Positions 41,689-51,344 of a stretch of DNA of 64,000 bases are shown here, one piece after another. The notes beneath the pieces were generated by a model. That model saw only the letters and a program-made list of their open reading frames with translations. It was not told the origin of the DNA and ran no database searches. Numbering within the stretch: position 1 is the first letter of the stretch; every line of letters begins with the position of its first letter. Position numbers and translations under genes: made by a program. The stretch is from an uncultured Bacilli bacterium (GTDB lineage Bacteria > Bacillota_I > Bacilli_A > ML615J-28 > CAG-313), in NCBI GenBank assembly GCA_949879765.1, contig CATLBQ010000007.1, forward strand, positions 2,266 to 66,265, written 5' to 3'.

Positions 41689-42198
41689 ATGGATAAAAGA
41701 AAAGAATTAAATCAAATTGTAAAAGAATCTATTGCACAAAGTGTTTTTCTCCTAATGGAAGAAAAGCCATTTTCAGACATCACCATCACAGAGATTATCC
41801 AAAAAGCAGGTGTAGCAAGAGCTTCGTTTTATCGTAACTTTTCGTATAAAGAAGAGGCGATTCGCTATTATTTAGTCGAAAAGATGAAACAGTTTAAATT
41901 ACAACATAAACAAAGTGGTATTAAATTATATCACTATGAAGCCATTTTGAATACGATGCAATTTGTTATCAATTATAAACACGAATTAAAAAGTTTATTT
42001 ACTGCTGGACTATCCCAAATATTACTAGAAGCAATCAATACCTATTTATTTGATGTTTATCCCGTTGAAACGCACAAAGCAGCAGAAAAATATATTTTAT
42101 ATTCTTATGGTGGATCATTATTCAATATCATATATCACTGGGTCTCTTCTGGACTACAAGAGTCCCCAGAAGAAATTGCCCATCTCATTTGTGCATAA
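41689..42198 (+). CDS. TetR/AcrR family transcriptional regulator
   Basis: ITITEIIQKAGVARASFYRNF HTH; C-terminal WVSSGLQESPEEIA. Confidence 0.9.
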   Translation: MDKRKELNQIVKESIAQSVFLLMEEKPFSDITITEIIQKAGVARASFYRNFSYKEEAIRYYLVEKMKQFKLQHKQSGIKLYHYEAILNTMQFVINYKHELKSLFTAGLSQILLEAINTYLFDVYPVETHKAAEKYILYSYGGSLFNIIYHWVSSGLQESPEEIAHLICA

Positions 42199-42247
42199 TG
42201 CTAAAAACAAGCAGTATGGTCAATTTCTTATTCCTTATATAATAAAC

Positions 42248-42281
42248 AAAAAGTTACAGCCTAATTAGGCTGTAACTTTTT
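42248..42281. terminator. Bidirectional terminator between tetR and the subtilase gene
   Basis: Perfect palindrome aaaaagttacagcctaattaggctgtaacttttt. Confidence 0.85.
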
Positions 42282-42406
42282 GTTTAGACTGTTTTTTTAT
42301 TTCATATCCAAGATATGAAGCGTTTGGTCCCCTTTTATAAACTGGTGTTTTTTTTGCTAAAATATAATTACAATGTTTATTCTTTGCCTATATTTTTTTC
42401 TCGTTT

Positions 42407-44134
42407 CTAAAAAACTGCATAAGCAAGTGCTAATAAATCGCCTTCTTCACTCACTCTATCAGAAAACATAGTTATTCGTATAACATATGTCGTAGTCTCT
42501 TCCACAAGATATGAAAATAATTCTACATTAGAATCAGAGCATTGTGAAGAAAGAATAATTTGACCATCAGGTAAAAATAACCTTAAGTCATAATCCCCCG
42601 TAACTGTTCCATTCTTTTTTCCATTCGCTTTTGCTAACCAAGCAAGTGACGCCCGAAGTGTTTGACCTTTTTCCAAATCAATACGATGTTCTATTACAAG
42701 TGCATCACCACTATTTACTGGATTTACCGTAGAGCATGCCATATAAGCATTATACACATTTTTAATTGCATTCCCCAAATGCAATTTACCTGCCCCATAA
42801 CCTGATGCTAGAGGCTGAAATGTTTGCGGTGCGCCAAAATTCCCCAATTGTTGCGCATTCGCACACAATATAGCAGTTACTAATTGAGGGTAACATTTCA
42901 AATATGGGCGTTTTTCCATAAGAAGCGCAATAGAACCACTCGTAATCGCACAAGAAAAACTTGTACCATAATAGTTTTTATTAAAACCATCTACATAAAC
43001 AGTTGTTCCTCTTGCTAGTAATGTTGGCTTCTCTGGTGCTCCATTTTTATATAAATAATTGGAAAAATAAGCATAATTTGTACCTTCTTCGTTGTGTGCA
43101 CCAACACTAATTACATTGTATCCTAAAGCAAGTGTATTGATATTGCCACCTTCATTTCCCGCCGCTACCACAATGGTAACTCGGTAGGTATATACAATAT
43201 AATCTAAGTATGCCGATTTTGCATCATAATATCCATCTGATACAGCATCGCCACAGGATAAATTAATGATATCTGCACCTTTACTTAGTAACCAGTCTAT
43301 TTCATTACTAGGACTACCATATAAATATGAAGTTAAAATGGTAGCATTTGGTGCCATTCCTCCATGACCTGCTATAATAGCTGCCACTGCGGTCGTGTGT
43401 TCAACAACGGTATTCGCATGCAAAAATTGTTTGTGTGTAACAACATTGGTTCCTACTAAAGAAGCATGATCTTTATCCGCTATACCTAGTTCTAGTACCC
43501 CCACTTTTACACCATCACCAGTTAGCTCTCTACTTTCAAATAATTGCCCTGCCCCCATACCATAAAAAGCATTACACACTTTTTGCTCTATACTCATTTC
43601 ATTAGTGCGTCTTACATATACGGTTTTAACAAAAGCTGTATTCGATAATTTAGATAATAGTTTTTGTTTGCATTGTTCAAATGTTTCTATCTCAAAGATA
43701 TATTCAATATACGGCATATAATGCGATATATATTTATCCATATATCCTTCTATTTCTAACAATTCATCTAATACCTTATTTTCTTCTAAATGGTATTGTC
43801 TAATAGCTTCTCTTGCATATCCACGAATCTCATTGACCTCTCTATTCGTCATATCTTCTGTGACTTCAATGGGATTGATGGATGCCTCAATATTTTGCAA
43901 TACGTTTTTGTTATGTTGGTTGTAATCTAATTCAATTTCTAAAATGATGGCATCATTTGTGGATTCTTCTTCAGTAGTGTTATTATCACTAGTTAAACTT
44001 TCTGATGTTTTTGCTTCTGTTTTATACTTTAGGTCATCTCGATATATAATCTTTTGATTATCTATACCATAAGTAATTAAAAAAGATCCCAAAATAATGA
44101 CAATAGCTACCCCCATTACTGCTATTTTTTTCAT
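42407..44134 (-). CDS. Secreted S8 subtilisin-like serine protease (Glu variant) with a C-terminal beta domain
   Basis: N-terminal signal/TM; VGVLELG, HTTAVAAIIAG, AAGN, GTSFS. Confidence 0.85.
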   Translation of the reverse strand: MKKIAVMGVAIVIILGSFLITYGIDNQKIIYRDDLKYKTEAKTSESLTSDNNTTEEESTNDAIILEIELDYNQHNKNVLQNIEASINPIEVTEDMTNREVNEIRGYAREAIRQYHLEENKVLDELLEIEGYMDKYISHYMPYIEYIFEIETFEQCKQKLLSKLSNTAFVKTVYVRRTNEMSIEQKVCNAFYGMGAGQLFESRELTGDGVKVGVLELGIADKDHASLVGTNVVTHKQFLHANTVVEHTTAVAAIIAGHGGMAPNATILTSYLYGSPSNEIDWLLSKGADIINLSCGDAVSDGYYDAKSAYLDYIVYTYRVTIVVAAGNEGGNINTLALGYNVISVGAHNEEGTNYAYFSNYLYKNGAPEKPTLLARGTTVYVDGFNKNYYGTSFSCAITSGSIALLMEKRPYLKCYPQLVTAILCANAQQLGNFGAPQTFQPLASGYGAGKLHLGNAIKNVYNAYMACSTVNPVNSGDALVIEHRIDLEKGQTLRASLAWLAKANGKKNGTVTGDYDLRLFLPDGQIILSSQCSDSNVELFSYLVEETTTYVIRITMFSDRVSEEGDLLALAYAVF

Positions 44135-44277
44135 TTTATTGCTGCTTTTCCTCCCTTATTATTACCCTTGTGTTTGATATTTTCGCAAACACCATCTATA
44201 TATACTACAAACTAGTCAAAATCGCCCCAAATTCTTTATAATTTGTCAAACTTTTTTTCTTATTTCCAAATTGCAAC

Positions 44278-44304
44278 AAAAAAAGGGATACAATTATCCC
44301 TTTT
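44278..44304 (-). terminator. Terminator after the sigma/anti-sigma pair
   Basis: aaaagggata-caat-tatccctttt. Confidence 0.7.
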
Positions 44305-44893
44305 AATCCATTATAGTATATTCTTTAGATAGTCCGTCTACATTAATTATAAACTGCAATGCTTCTCCTTTTTCTATAGATACTCTTGACAAGTGGCCAC
44401 AAGATGTCTCGGATATACTGACTGCTTGAGCATTTATTAAAATGGTAATAGGCTCATTTCTTGTATGTTCAAAATGAACAATATAAAAATAATCAGAAAT
44501 TTGCTCTTTTACATCTACACCTTTATATATATACATTGATACATTATCATTGATACGTATGTTACATTGGTACTGTCTATTTACATTTTGATTGATAGAA
44601 ATCATATAATCATAATATTCATCTGTTAAATATATATCACCCATTTCTTTATTTGTGAGATGTAACTGCCTATATACTAAACCAATTACACCAAATAAAA
44701 GAACGATAGACATAATCGCTGATAATCTAAAAGACAATTTATATTGTTTTAGTGCTTTGTTATTTTTTGCACATTGCTCTTTCAAGTCTATATTGAAATA
44801 CTCTGTTTTCTCCATTACATCAGAAGCCTTTAACTTAGGCTGGTATGTTTTTTCAAAATCTTCTTTAAGCATCATTTTAATTGTTTTTTTCAT
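44303..44893 (-). CDS. Putative single-TM anti-sigma factor
   Basis: ATGA overlap with the ECF gene; cytoplasmic N-terminus, one TM (LSAIMSIVLLFGVIGLVY), extracytoplasmic C-terminal domain. Confidence 0.6.
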   Translation of the reverse strand: MKKTIKMMLKEDFEKTYQPKLKASDVMEKTEYFNIDLKEQCAKNNKALKQYKLSFRLSAIMSIVLLFGVIGLVYRQLHLTNKEMGDIYLTDEYYDYMISINQNVNRQYQCNIRINDNVSMYIYKGVDVKEQISDYFYIVHFEHTRNEPITILINAQAVSISETSCGHLSRVSIEKGEALQFIINVDGLSKEYTIMD

Positions 44894-45420
44894 TTCTCTG
44901 TTCCCCCCTTAATGAATCTTTTTACTTTTCCATGAGAATTATAGTAAATGTGTTTTACTTTACTAATTGTCATATTGCTTTCTTCCGCAATATCTGAAAA
45001 TTTCATTCTTAACCCATCTTTCATATATAAAATACGATATGCTTCTTCCCCAATATATCGTTCTACCTCTGATAACATAATGAGATTATCTTGATTAGTT
45101 ATGCAATGTGCACTTTCTACATGTTGATTATTTATAGATAGAACATGACTTCTTGATTCTTTTACCTTTATTATGTCTTTTAAATGGTTATTAGCAATGG
45201 TAAACATCCAGGTTTCAAAACTTGCCTTTTTTTCATCATATGTATGAATGTGATCTAATACTTTAATAAATATTTCTTGCACAGCGTCTTCTGCATCTTC
45301 TACGTTGTGTGTATATTTTAAAGCATAGTAGAATAATATTTTGTTATACTTTTCAAATAATTGTTCAAAAGCAACTTCATCTTTTTCAATGATTCCTTTT
45401 ATAATTTTTTTATCCATCAT
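44890..45420 (-). CDS. ECF-family RNA polymerase sigma factor
   Basis: AFEQLFEKY..DAEDAVQEIFIK..FETWMFTIANN; region 4 FSDIAEESNMTISKVK. Confidence 0.9.
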   Translation of the reverse strand: MMDKKIIKGIIEKDEVAFEQLFEKYNKILFYYALKYTHNVEDAEDAVQEIFIKVLDHIHTYDEKKASFETWMFTIANNHLKDIIKVKESRSHVLSINNQHVESAHCITNQDNLIMLSEVERYIGEEAYRILYMKDGLRMKFSDIAEESNMTISKVKHIYYNSHGKVKRFIKGGTEK

Positions 45421-45518
45421 ACCTATTACATTTCCCTGCCCTATCCTATAGCCAATATTTTCTCCATTTTTCCATAATTTTAATTGATTATATATTTTTG
45501 ATGCGTAACTTTAGATGT

Positions 45519-45550
45519 AAAAACATGCCCGGAATGAACCAGGCATAATA
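45519..45550 (-). terminator. Terminator after tRNA-Gly
   Basis: ATGCCTGG-TTCATT-CCGGGCAT-GTTTTT. Confidence 0.7.
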
Positions 45551-45557
45551 TCTCTTT

Positions 45558-45632
45558 TGGAGCAGGTAACCGGAATCGAACCGGCATCTTCGCCATGGCA
45601 AGGCGGTATAATAGCCGTTATACTATACCTGC
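45558..45632 (-). tRNA. tRNA-Gly(GCC)
   Basis: GCAGGTA/TACCTGC acceptor stem, anticodon loop TTGCCAT, GGTTCGATTCC T-arm, U73 discriminator, encoded CCA; 75 nt. Confidence 0.95.
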
Positions 45633-45648
45633 AATTAATTGCACTAAT

Positions 45649-45677
45649 ATTATAGCAAAACTTGCCTATTAATGCAA
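45649..45677 (-). promoter_or_regulatory. tRNA promoter
   Basis: TTGCAT-17 nt-TATAAT with extended TG. Confidence 0.7.
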
Positions 45678-45689
45678 CTCATTTGATTA

Positions 45690-46439
45690 TTATTCTTCGT
45701 CTGATTCAACTAGATCTAAACCAACAACATTGTGATATACATCTTGAACATCATCATCTTCTTCAAGTAAATCAAGAAGACGTTGTAATTGTTCTTTTTC
45801 CTTATCTGTTGCAAGTTCTACTGGATTAAGTGGAAGCCAAGCGACAGTATCTTCTAAAAATTCTTTTCCTTCTGGAAGTACTTCTCTTAAAGCTTCTCTA
45901 ATTTTACCATATTCTGTACTAGGTGCAGTAATTGTGACTACATCTTCGTCAGAAGAAATATCTTCTACATCACAATCTGCTAAAAGTAATGTTTCAAGTA
46001 CTTCTTCTTCACCCATAAAATCAATGGAGAAAATGGCTGTATTTTTAAACATATGTGTTACACTACCACTTCCCGCAATCTTACCACCACAACGTTGCAA
46101 TGCCACTTTTACTGCTGTTTGGGTACGATTGTGATTATCTGTTAAACATTCAATGACAAACATTGAATTTCCAGGTCCAAAGCCTTCTAATGTCATTGGA
46201 TCATAAGATTCTTGATTGGCTCCTTTGGCCTTATCAATTGCTCTTTTGATAACATCCGCAGTGACTTGTTCTCTTTTTGCTTTTTCGATTTCCTTCTTTA
46301 AGTTTTGGTTTAAATCTGGATCAGGCACACCGGATTTCGCAGCCATATATATGATACGGCTCCATTTGTTATTTAATTTTGATTTTGCTGCGGCCGTTTT
46401 AGCCATTGATGCAGCACGAACTTCATGTGCTCTACCCAT
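45690..46439 (-). CDS. yebC: YebC/PmpR family protein
   Basis: MGRAHEVR, PDPDLN, EGFGPG..IECLTDNHNRT, LEEDDDVQDVYHN. Confidence 0.93.
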   Translation of the reverse strand: MGRAHEVRAASMAKTAAAKSKLNNKWSRIIYMAAKSGVPDPDLNQNLKKEIEKAKREQVTADVIKRAIDKAKGANQESYDPMTLEGFGPGNSMFVIECLTDNHNRTQTAVKVALQRCGGKIAGSGSVTHMFKNTAIFSIDFMGEEEVLETLLLADCDVEDISSDEDVVTITAPSTEYGKIREALREVLPEGKEFLEDTVAWLPLNPVELATDKEKEQLQRLLDLLEEDDDVQDVYHNVVGLDLVESDEE

Positions 46440-46550
46440 AAATAATCTCCTTTACTGATTGATTCGACTTATTATACCACTATTGGTAAAAATTTGAAAG
46501 TAATTTGAAAATTTTTATATCCTATGGTATCACCTAGATCAATAGATTTC

Positions 46551-47732
46551 TTATTGAAAGGTGACCACAAGTCCATTATTTTCAATATACGTTTCTATGG
46601 TTTTGATGCGTGATCGATTTTCTTCTGATAGCTCAGTTAATTTTAAAATATTGTGTTTGGAACAACGCACCTCAATATTTTTTCGGTTCAATTGATGATC
46701 TACAATGGCACGAAGTCCTTTATAAAGCGCCTTATACATAGCAGTCAATAACTCCTGTGGTGTATTGGCATAAGAACCGCCACTATTACTATAATCACTA
46801 TTCTCAATACTATATTTCCATGCAAAAGTATCACTATCTTTGATGGCTATAGGTTGAATGGATAATACGACTGTTGCATTTGTTCCCATAGAAAGATCTA
46901 CTTTTGTATCTACTAGTTTCGATAACACCCGTTTTAACTTACGATATTCACCAATAGATATCTCATTGACATATTCAACTAAATTGTTATTGGGATTGGC
47001 TACATCTAATACCATGTAGTTTTTCTTCACTTGATTATTAGGATCAACACCTAGTTTTTGATAAATATCTTTTGATACTTCTATTTTTTTGCCTTTCATC
47101 AATTCATCTAAAGCCTTGATAAAAGCATGAAGATAGTCTTCATAACGATTGTCTTTAAAGTAGGTATTGAGTGCATAATACAAAATAATTTCTATGATAT
47201 ATCCTGAAATATGAATATGTTGCTCTTCCTTATAATACTGAATGATTTTTACAGCATTTCTAAAATAAGTATAGTCTCGATTGGCTAATTCTGTAAATTG
47301 AATTTGTAGTTCGTCTGTCGTTGCAAGATAAGCTTCTTGCGTATAACGAATCAAAAGGTGAATGATATAATTTCTCCATCGAATGGTGATACTATTTCTA
47401 GAAACATTTCTTGTAATATCACTTAATTTTTGCACTTCCTTTGCGTAAATAAAGGCATTGACAATTTCATTGCATATGGCTTCATTTTCTAATGCAAATG
47501 GAGTCTCACCGGTTGGTTTTACAATTACCATGATGTCTAATTCCTCAGCATCATTAAGTAAGGTTCCTTTCGCCCATGATCCTGCTTTTTTAATCTCTTG
47601 AATATGGGTATGTGTTGTCACATTTTTTTCAATGATTGTACGAATTTGTAATAATTTTTCATTGAGAGCATCTCTTTCATCTGCTAAGATTTCTACATCG
47701 GTGACTAATCTTCTAAATTCTTTTTCGGTCAT
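46551..47732 (-). CDS. SMODS/CD-NTase/OAS-like nucleotidyltransferase-fold protein (degenerate) with a C-terminal RNase H-like domain
   Basis: AGSWAKGTLL..EELDIMV, ISGYIIEII, VLDVANPNNNL; C-terminal AMYKALYKGLRAI..NIEVRCS. Confidence 0.65.
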   Translation of the reverse strand: MTEKEFRRLVTDVEILADERDALNEKLLQIRTIIEKNVTTHTHIQEIKKAGSWAKGTLLNDAEELDIMVIVKPTGETPFALENEAICNEIVNAFIYAKEVQKLSDITRNVSRNSITIRWRNYIIHLLIRYTQEAYLATTDELQIQFTELANRDYTYFRNAVKIIQYYKEEQHIHISGYIIEIILYYALNTYFKDNRYEDYLHAFIKALDELMKGKKIEVSKDIYQKLGVDPNNQVKKNYMVLDVANPNNNLVEYVNEISIGEYRKLKRVLSKLVDTKVDLSMGTNATVVLSIQPIAIKDSDTFAWKYSIENSDYSNSGGSYANTPQELLTAMYKALYKGLRAIVDHQLNRKNIEVRCSKHNILKLTELSEENRSRIKTIETYIENNGLVVTFQ

Positions 47733-48541
47733 AAATCCTCCTGATTGATGGGATATTGATATTCTTTGCGCTCTATATAATAAACTAGATGATCAAAACC
47801 ACAAGATTGAATCAAACGCATATAATGGGGAAATGAAGATTCATATCGCTCTACGCTATGCGCATCACTCGATAAAGTCAAACGCTTTCCACCTACTTGT
47901 TGATAGAGGCGTAATAAGTAAAGCGTATGTTGATCATCATCAATGGCTTCTTGAACCTTTGTATTGATTTCTAGTGCTTTACCATAGGCAATCAAGTTTT
48001 GATACACTTGTTTGATTTGGTCTTCATAGGTAGATATGTTTAATGTTTTATCCATCAAGTACGCTGTTTTAAAAGCATAATCAATATGTGATAATACATT
48101 ATAATTGGTGAAATGAGAAGTTGCCTCAATCATTTCATCAAAATAAGCCGTTAACAAGGTATGAATACCATATTGTTTGAAATACTTTGGCCAGTAAAAG
48201 TCAGCATCATCATTTTCATGGATGCTTAGATTGACTACATCATACGATTCACTATTGATTTGGGCATGGATTTGATCTATATGACCTTTTCGATACCCTA
48301 CTTCAATACCCAATAAAAAAGAAATCTGGGGATATTGCAATCGCAATTGTTGTTGTTCTTGTTTTAAACGAGCAAAATCTACGGTCCAGTCCACTTGTCC
48401 TTCCACCATATCTAAATCGAAATGTTCTGTTGTTACCACATAGGAACACCCTAGTTCAATGGCTTTTTGAACATAGGATTCTAACTGTTCAGTTGAATCC
48501 ACCGAGTACATTGAATGAACGTGTTGATCATGTAATTTCAT
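47729..48541 (-). CDS. PHP-family phosphatase (HisJ/HisK histidinol-phosphatase-like)
   Basis: DQHVHSMYSVDS, TTEH, GIEVG, SIH, SHIDY, LEINT, SSDAH. Confidence 0.88.
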   Translation of the reverse strand: MKLHDQHVHSMYSVDSTEQLESYVQKAIELGCSYVVTTEHFDLDMVEGQVDWTVDFARLKQEQQQLRLQYPQISFLLGIEVGYRKGHIDQIHAQINSESYDVVNLSIHENDDADFYWPKYFKQYGIHTLLTAYFDEMIEATSHFTNYNVLSHIDYAFKTAYLMDKTLNISTYEDQIKQVYQNLIAYGKALEINTKVQEAIDDDQHTLYLLRLYQQVGGKRLTLSSDAHSVERYESSFPHYMRLIQSCGFDHLVYYIERKEYQYPINQEDL

Positions 48542-48662
48542 ATCTATCGCCTCGAATCAGTTCATTATACCATATTTTGTAAATAAAGTAAAGTTACAAG
48601 TGATGAAGCATTTTATCAATTTTTCTGATTTTGATTTATTTAACCGAAATAATCTTGATTTA

Positions 48663-49106
48663 CTAGATACACTCTTCTAAAATAAATCCTTTTACCTTAT
48701 GAATAATGACACCATAATCATCGATGACTTCAATAATTTTGTCTTTCAATCCTGTGGCAAGTTCCTTATTTTCTTCTAAGAATTTCAGTGCACTTATAAG
48801 ACCCATATTTGTCGATTTGATAGCATTGATACAAATCGTAAATGCATCATGAAACACCTTCATCTTTTCTTTATAAACCCCCATAATCCCTGCTGCGGTG
48901 AGGCTACTTGTTGGCTCTTCATTGAATTCTTGAATCAATGAACGAATCCCCTCTTCATGTTTTTTAAACATTTCCATAATTTCAACAATTAAATGACTCA
49001 GTTTTTCTTCTTTTAATCTTTGGGCTTCATCATAATAAATACGATAAATGCTATTGCCCATATGTACATAAGATAAAAATTTATTTAATTCATTTGTTTT
49101 TTCCAT
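48663..49106 (-). CDS. Ferritin-like four-helix protein (DUF2383-like)
   Basis: ELNKFLSYVHMG..Y..KKHEE..NMG helical pattern; RBS GAGGAT. Confidence 0.55.
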   Translation of the reverse strand: MEKTNELNKFLSYVHMGNSIYRIYYDEAQRLKEEKLSHLIVEIMEMFKKHEEGIRSLIQEFNEEPTSSLTAAGIMGVYKEKMKVFHDAFTICINAIKSTNMGLISALKFLEENKELATGLKDKIIEVIDDYGVIIHKVKGFILEECI

Positions 49107-49395
49107 AAAACAATCCTCCTTTTTCTATAGTATTTACTATAAATGAAAAGATTATGATTTTATTTTTCATTATAGCCTAGGAAATAATCAATTGAATTAA
49201 ATGTTTTTTGAATGTGAAAAAAAACTCCCCTTTTCATAGAGGGTATTTTTTTTATTGATATTTTGTTGAATAGATAATGCCATACAAACAAAACTGACTT
49301 GAAGCAAAATTATAGTTTCATGAGTTGCACTGATTTGTCTTGACAAGTAAAAAAGAATATATTTTATGTATATTCTTCCTTTTGATTTGATTCAA

Positions 49396-50457
49396 TTATA
49401 TATTGGCAGTTGATGTAAGAAAATCAATATATGCAACGATATCAATCACTGCTTGGTGGTATATACCCTGATTTTTTTGTAGATTCACATTGAAATGAAC
49501 TTCTACTCCCTCTTCTGTGAAGTGATATTGTCTAGTACATAAAACATCTTGATAATCGTATATTGGTACTTCTAAACATCTACATAGATAATTCCACTGT
49601 TTGAATGCTTTTAACTCTTGATCATTTAAAATAGTGGTACTAATATAACAATTGTCTTGATAAATCACATGGCCCAATGACTGTGTACTAAAATATAAAT
49701 CTAGCCAATCATAAATATAATTTTGATAGGACTCAAATACAAACGCTGAAGTTGGATGTACTTCATGATTGATATCTATGACGTAACGCCCCTCTAATGG
49801 ATATAGTGCTTCATTATCAATTCTTACATATTTTTTATGGTCATCGATAATATAATGATTTTTATCCTTTTGCACATCCATTGCATTATCCCGATCCCTT
49901 TTATAGATATCTACATTAGATTCAATATGTACCCTTTGATTTAACCCGTTCTTTTGTAACCACTCTAGTTTTTGAGATAATGCCTGCTTATCATGCTCAC
50001 TATGCGCACCAATCAATTGACTTGGATAGCGCCCCAATATCAATTCACCAGATACTGCTAATATTTTCATCGTTGGTTCACTAATCCATGGAAGAGCTTC
50101 TTCTGTCCACATTTTACTATAAGTTTGTATCGTACTTTCATTCTTACGCAAAAATAACGCTTCTTCTAAATAACATATTCCCTCTTTATCTTCTGCTGTA
50201 GGGATATTGATTTGATAAACTACCTTTACAGAACTAAATGCATATATCGCTTTAGGCCAAAAAATAGTTGTGAAATCCAACCCTACTCCTACTGGTTGTT
50301 CTGTATCATTTATTTTTTGAATTTGACAAGAAACATTCCAGTCAAAATATTGTGAAAAATTATCTGAAGTAATGGTCTTCCTTTCTGCATCTTGTTGAGG
50401 AATGCACCCCACTAACATCATCAGTATAATAAAACTGATGACAATTCTCCTTTTCAT
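49396..50457 (-). CDS. Hypothetical lipoprotein
   Basis: MKRR..IILMMLVGC lipobox; RBS AAGGGGG. Confidence 0.7.
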   Translation of the reverse strand: MKRRIVISFIILMMLVGCIPQQDAERKTITSDNFSQYFDWNVSCQIQKINDTEQPVGVGLDFTTIFWPKAIYAFSSVKVVYQINIPTAEDKEGICYLEEALFLRKNESTIQTYSKMWTEEALPWISEPTMKILAVSGELILGRYPSQLIGAHSEHDKQALSQKLEWLQKNGLNQRVHIESNVDIYKRDRDNAMDVQKDKNHYIIDDHKKYVRIDNEALYPLEGRYVIDINHEVHPTSAFVFESYQNYIYDWLDLYFSTQSLGHVIYQDNCYISTTILNDQELKAFKQWNYLCRCLEVPIYDYQDVLCTRQYHFTEEGVEVHFNVNLQKNQGIYHQAVIDIVAYIDFLTSTANI

Positions 50458-50727
50458 ATATATATTCCCCCCTTTATTTGAATATTGCAATTGTAATTTG
50501 TTTTCCTGTGGTATCTTGTTTTTTTGTTTGGCTATGTTCACCTTCTTGTATTGATATTTTGAAAAATGATGATGCTACTCATCTTTTTTTCATTTTGTTA
50601 TTATACTCCAAAAAAAAGTCGAAATATGAAAAAATATGACGATATCCATCAAATAAAAAAGGTTTTTAAAAAACATACACACATCCTGCAAAGTGATAAA
50701 AACTGTCACCAAACAAAAATAAAACAA

Positions 50728-50758
50728 AATAGGATGTGAAATCCCTTCACATCCTATT
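50728..50758 (-). terminator. Terminator
   Basis: aataggatgtgaa-atccc-ttcacatcctatt. Confidence 0.8.
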
Positions 50759-50792
50759 CTATCTTGTTTTAAAAATAATATCCATTTTCTCT

Positions 50793-51281
50793 TTATTTGG
50801 ATTTGACTGCTCTAAGTTCAATATATCCCCGTGTGCTGCGTGGTTCTAATTGAATACGGGGATGCTCATCATCCCACTCGTATCCAATTAGGTTTGGATG
50901 ATACTGTTCTATTGCTTGTTGTACAAGACAAATGGCATCACCATAATCCTTTTCCTCAAAAGGTAATCCTTGAAACATCAAATAGTCACAAGCAGGAAGA
51001 CAAATGGTATCAAAACCTTCTGGCACGCTTCTTTGATCATCAAATGCAACCTCAATACCTTGTACATATGTGGAAGTGTTTGGTGTTTTGTATTGTTCAG
51101 GTAACCATAAGCATACTGGTTCACCACAAAGAGACTCCATACTTGAAAGTATTGTCCAGATATTACACCCTACTTCTTCACAATAAGAAACATATTCTTT
51201 CGCTTTTATTCCTCGTTTACAAATTACCTTGCGCTTAGGTTTATGTACAATTGAAATCGCAATGTGATTAGAATTTTTCAT
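50793..51281 (-). CDS. Stand-alone GyrI-like effector-binding protein (AraC C-terminal type, no HTH)
   Basis: YCEEVGCNIW, YVQGIEV, LPACDYLMFQG, PRIQLEP..RGYIELRAV. Confidence 0.7.
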   Translation of the reverse strand: MKNSNHIAISIVHKPKRKVICKRGIKAKEYVSYCEEVGCNIWTILSSMESLCGEPVCLWLPEQYKTPNTSTYVQGIEVAFDDQRSVPEGFDTICLPACDYLMFQGLPFEEKDYGDAICLVQQAIEQYHPNLIGYEWDDEHPRIQLEPRSTRGYIELRAVKSK

Positions 51282-51344
51282 CGCTGCATGCTCCTTTTTT
51301 AAAAGTTTACTTCACTTGATTTGATCTATAAAAAGAAAAAATCA

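Noticed and set aside
42280-45632. tRNA-integrated prophage or ICE with an att duplication
   Set aside because: No integrase and no second copy of the tRNA 3' end found by eye
45558-45632. C-A mismatch at the top of the tRNA-Gly anticodon stem suggesting a pseudo-tRNA
   Set aside because: 27-43 mismatches are tolerated; the other arms, CCA, promoter and terminator are intact
46551-47732. Canonical CBASS system
   Set aside because: No Cap effector or Cap2/3 genes adjacent and catalytic residues are altered; kept as a non-canonical finding instead
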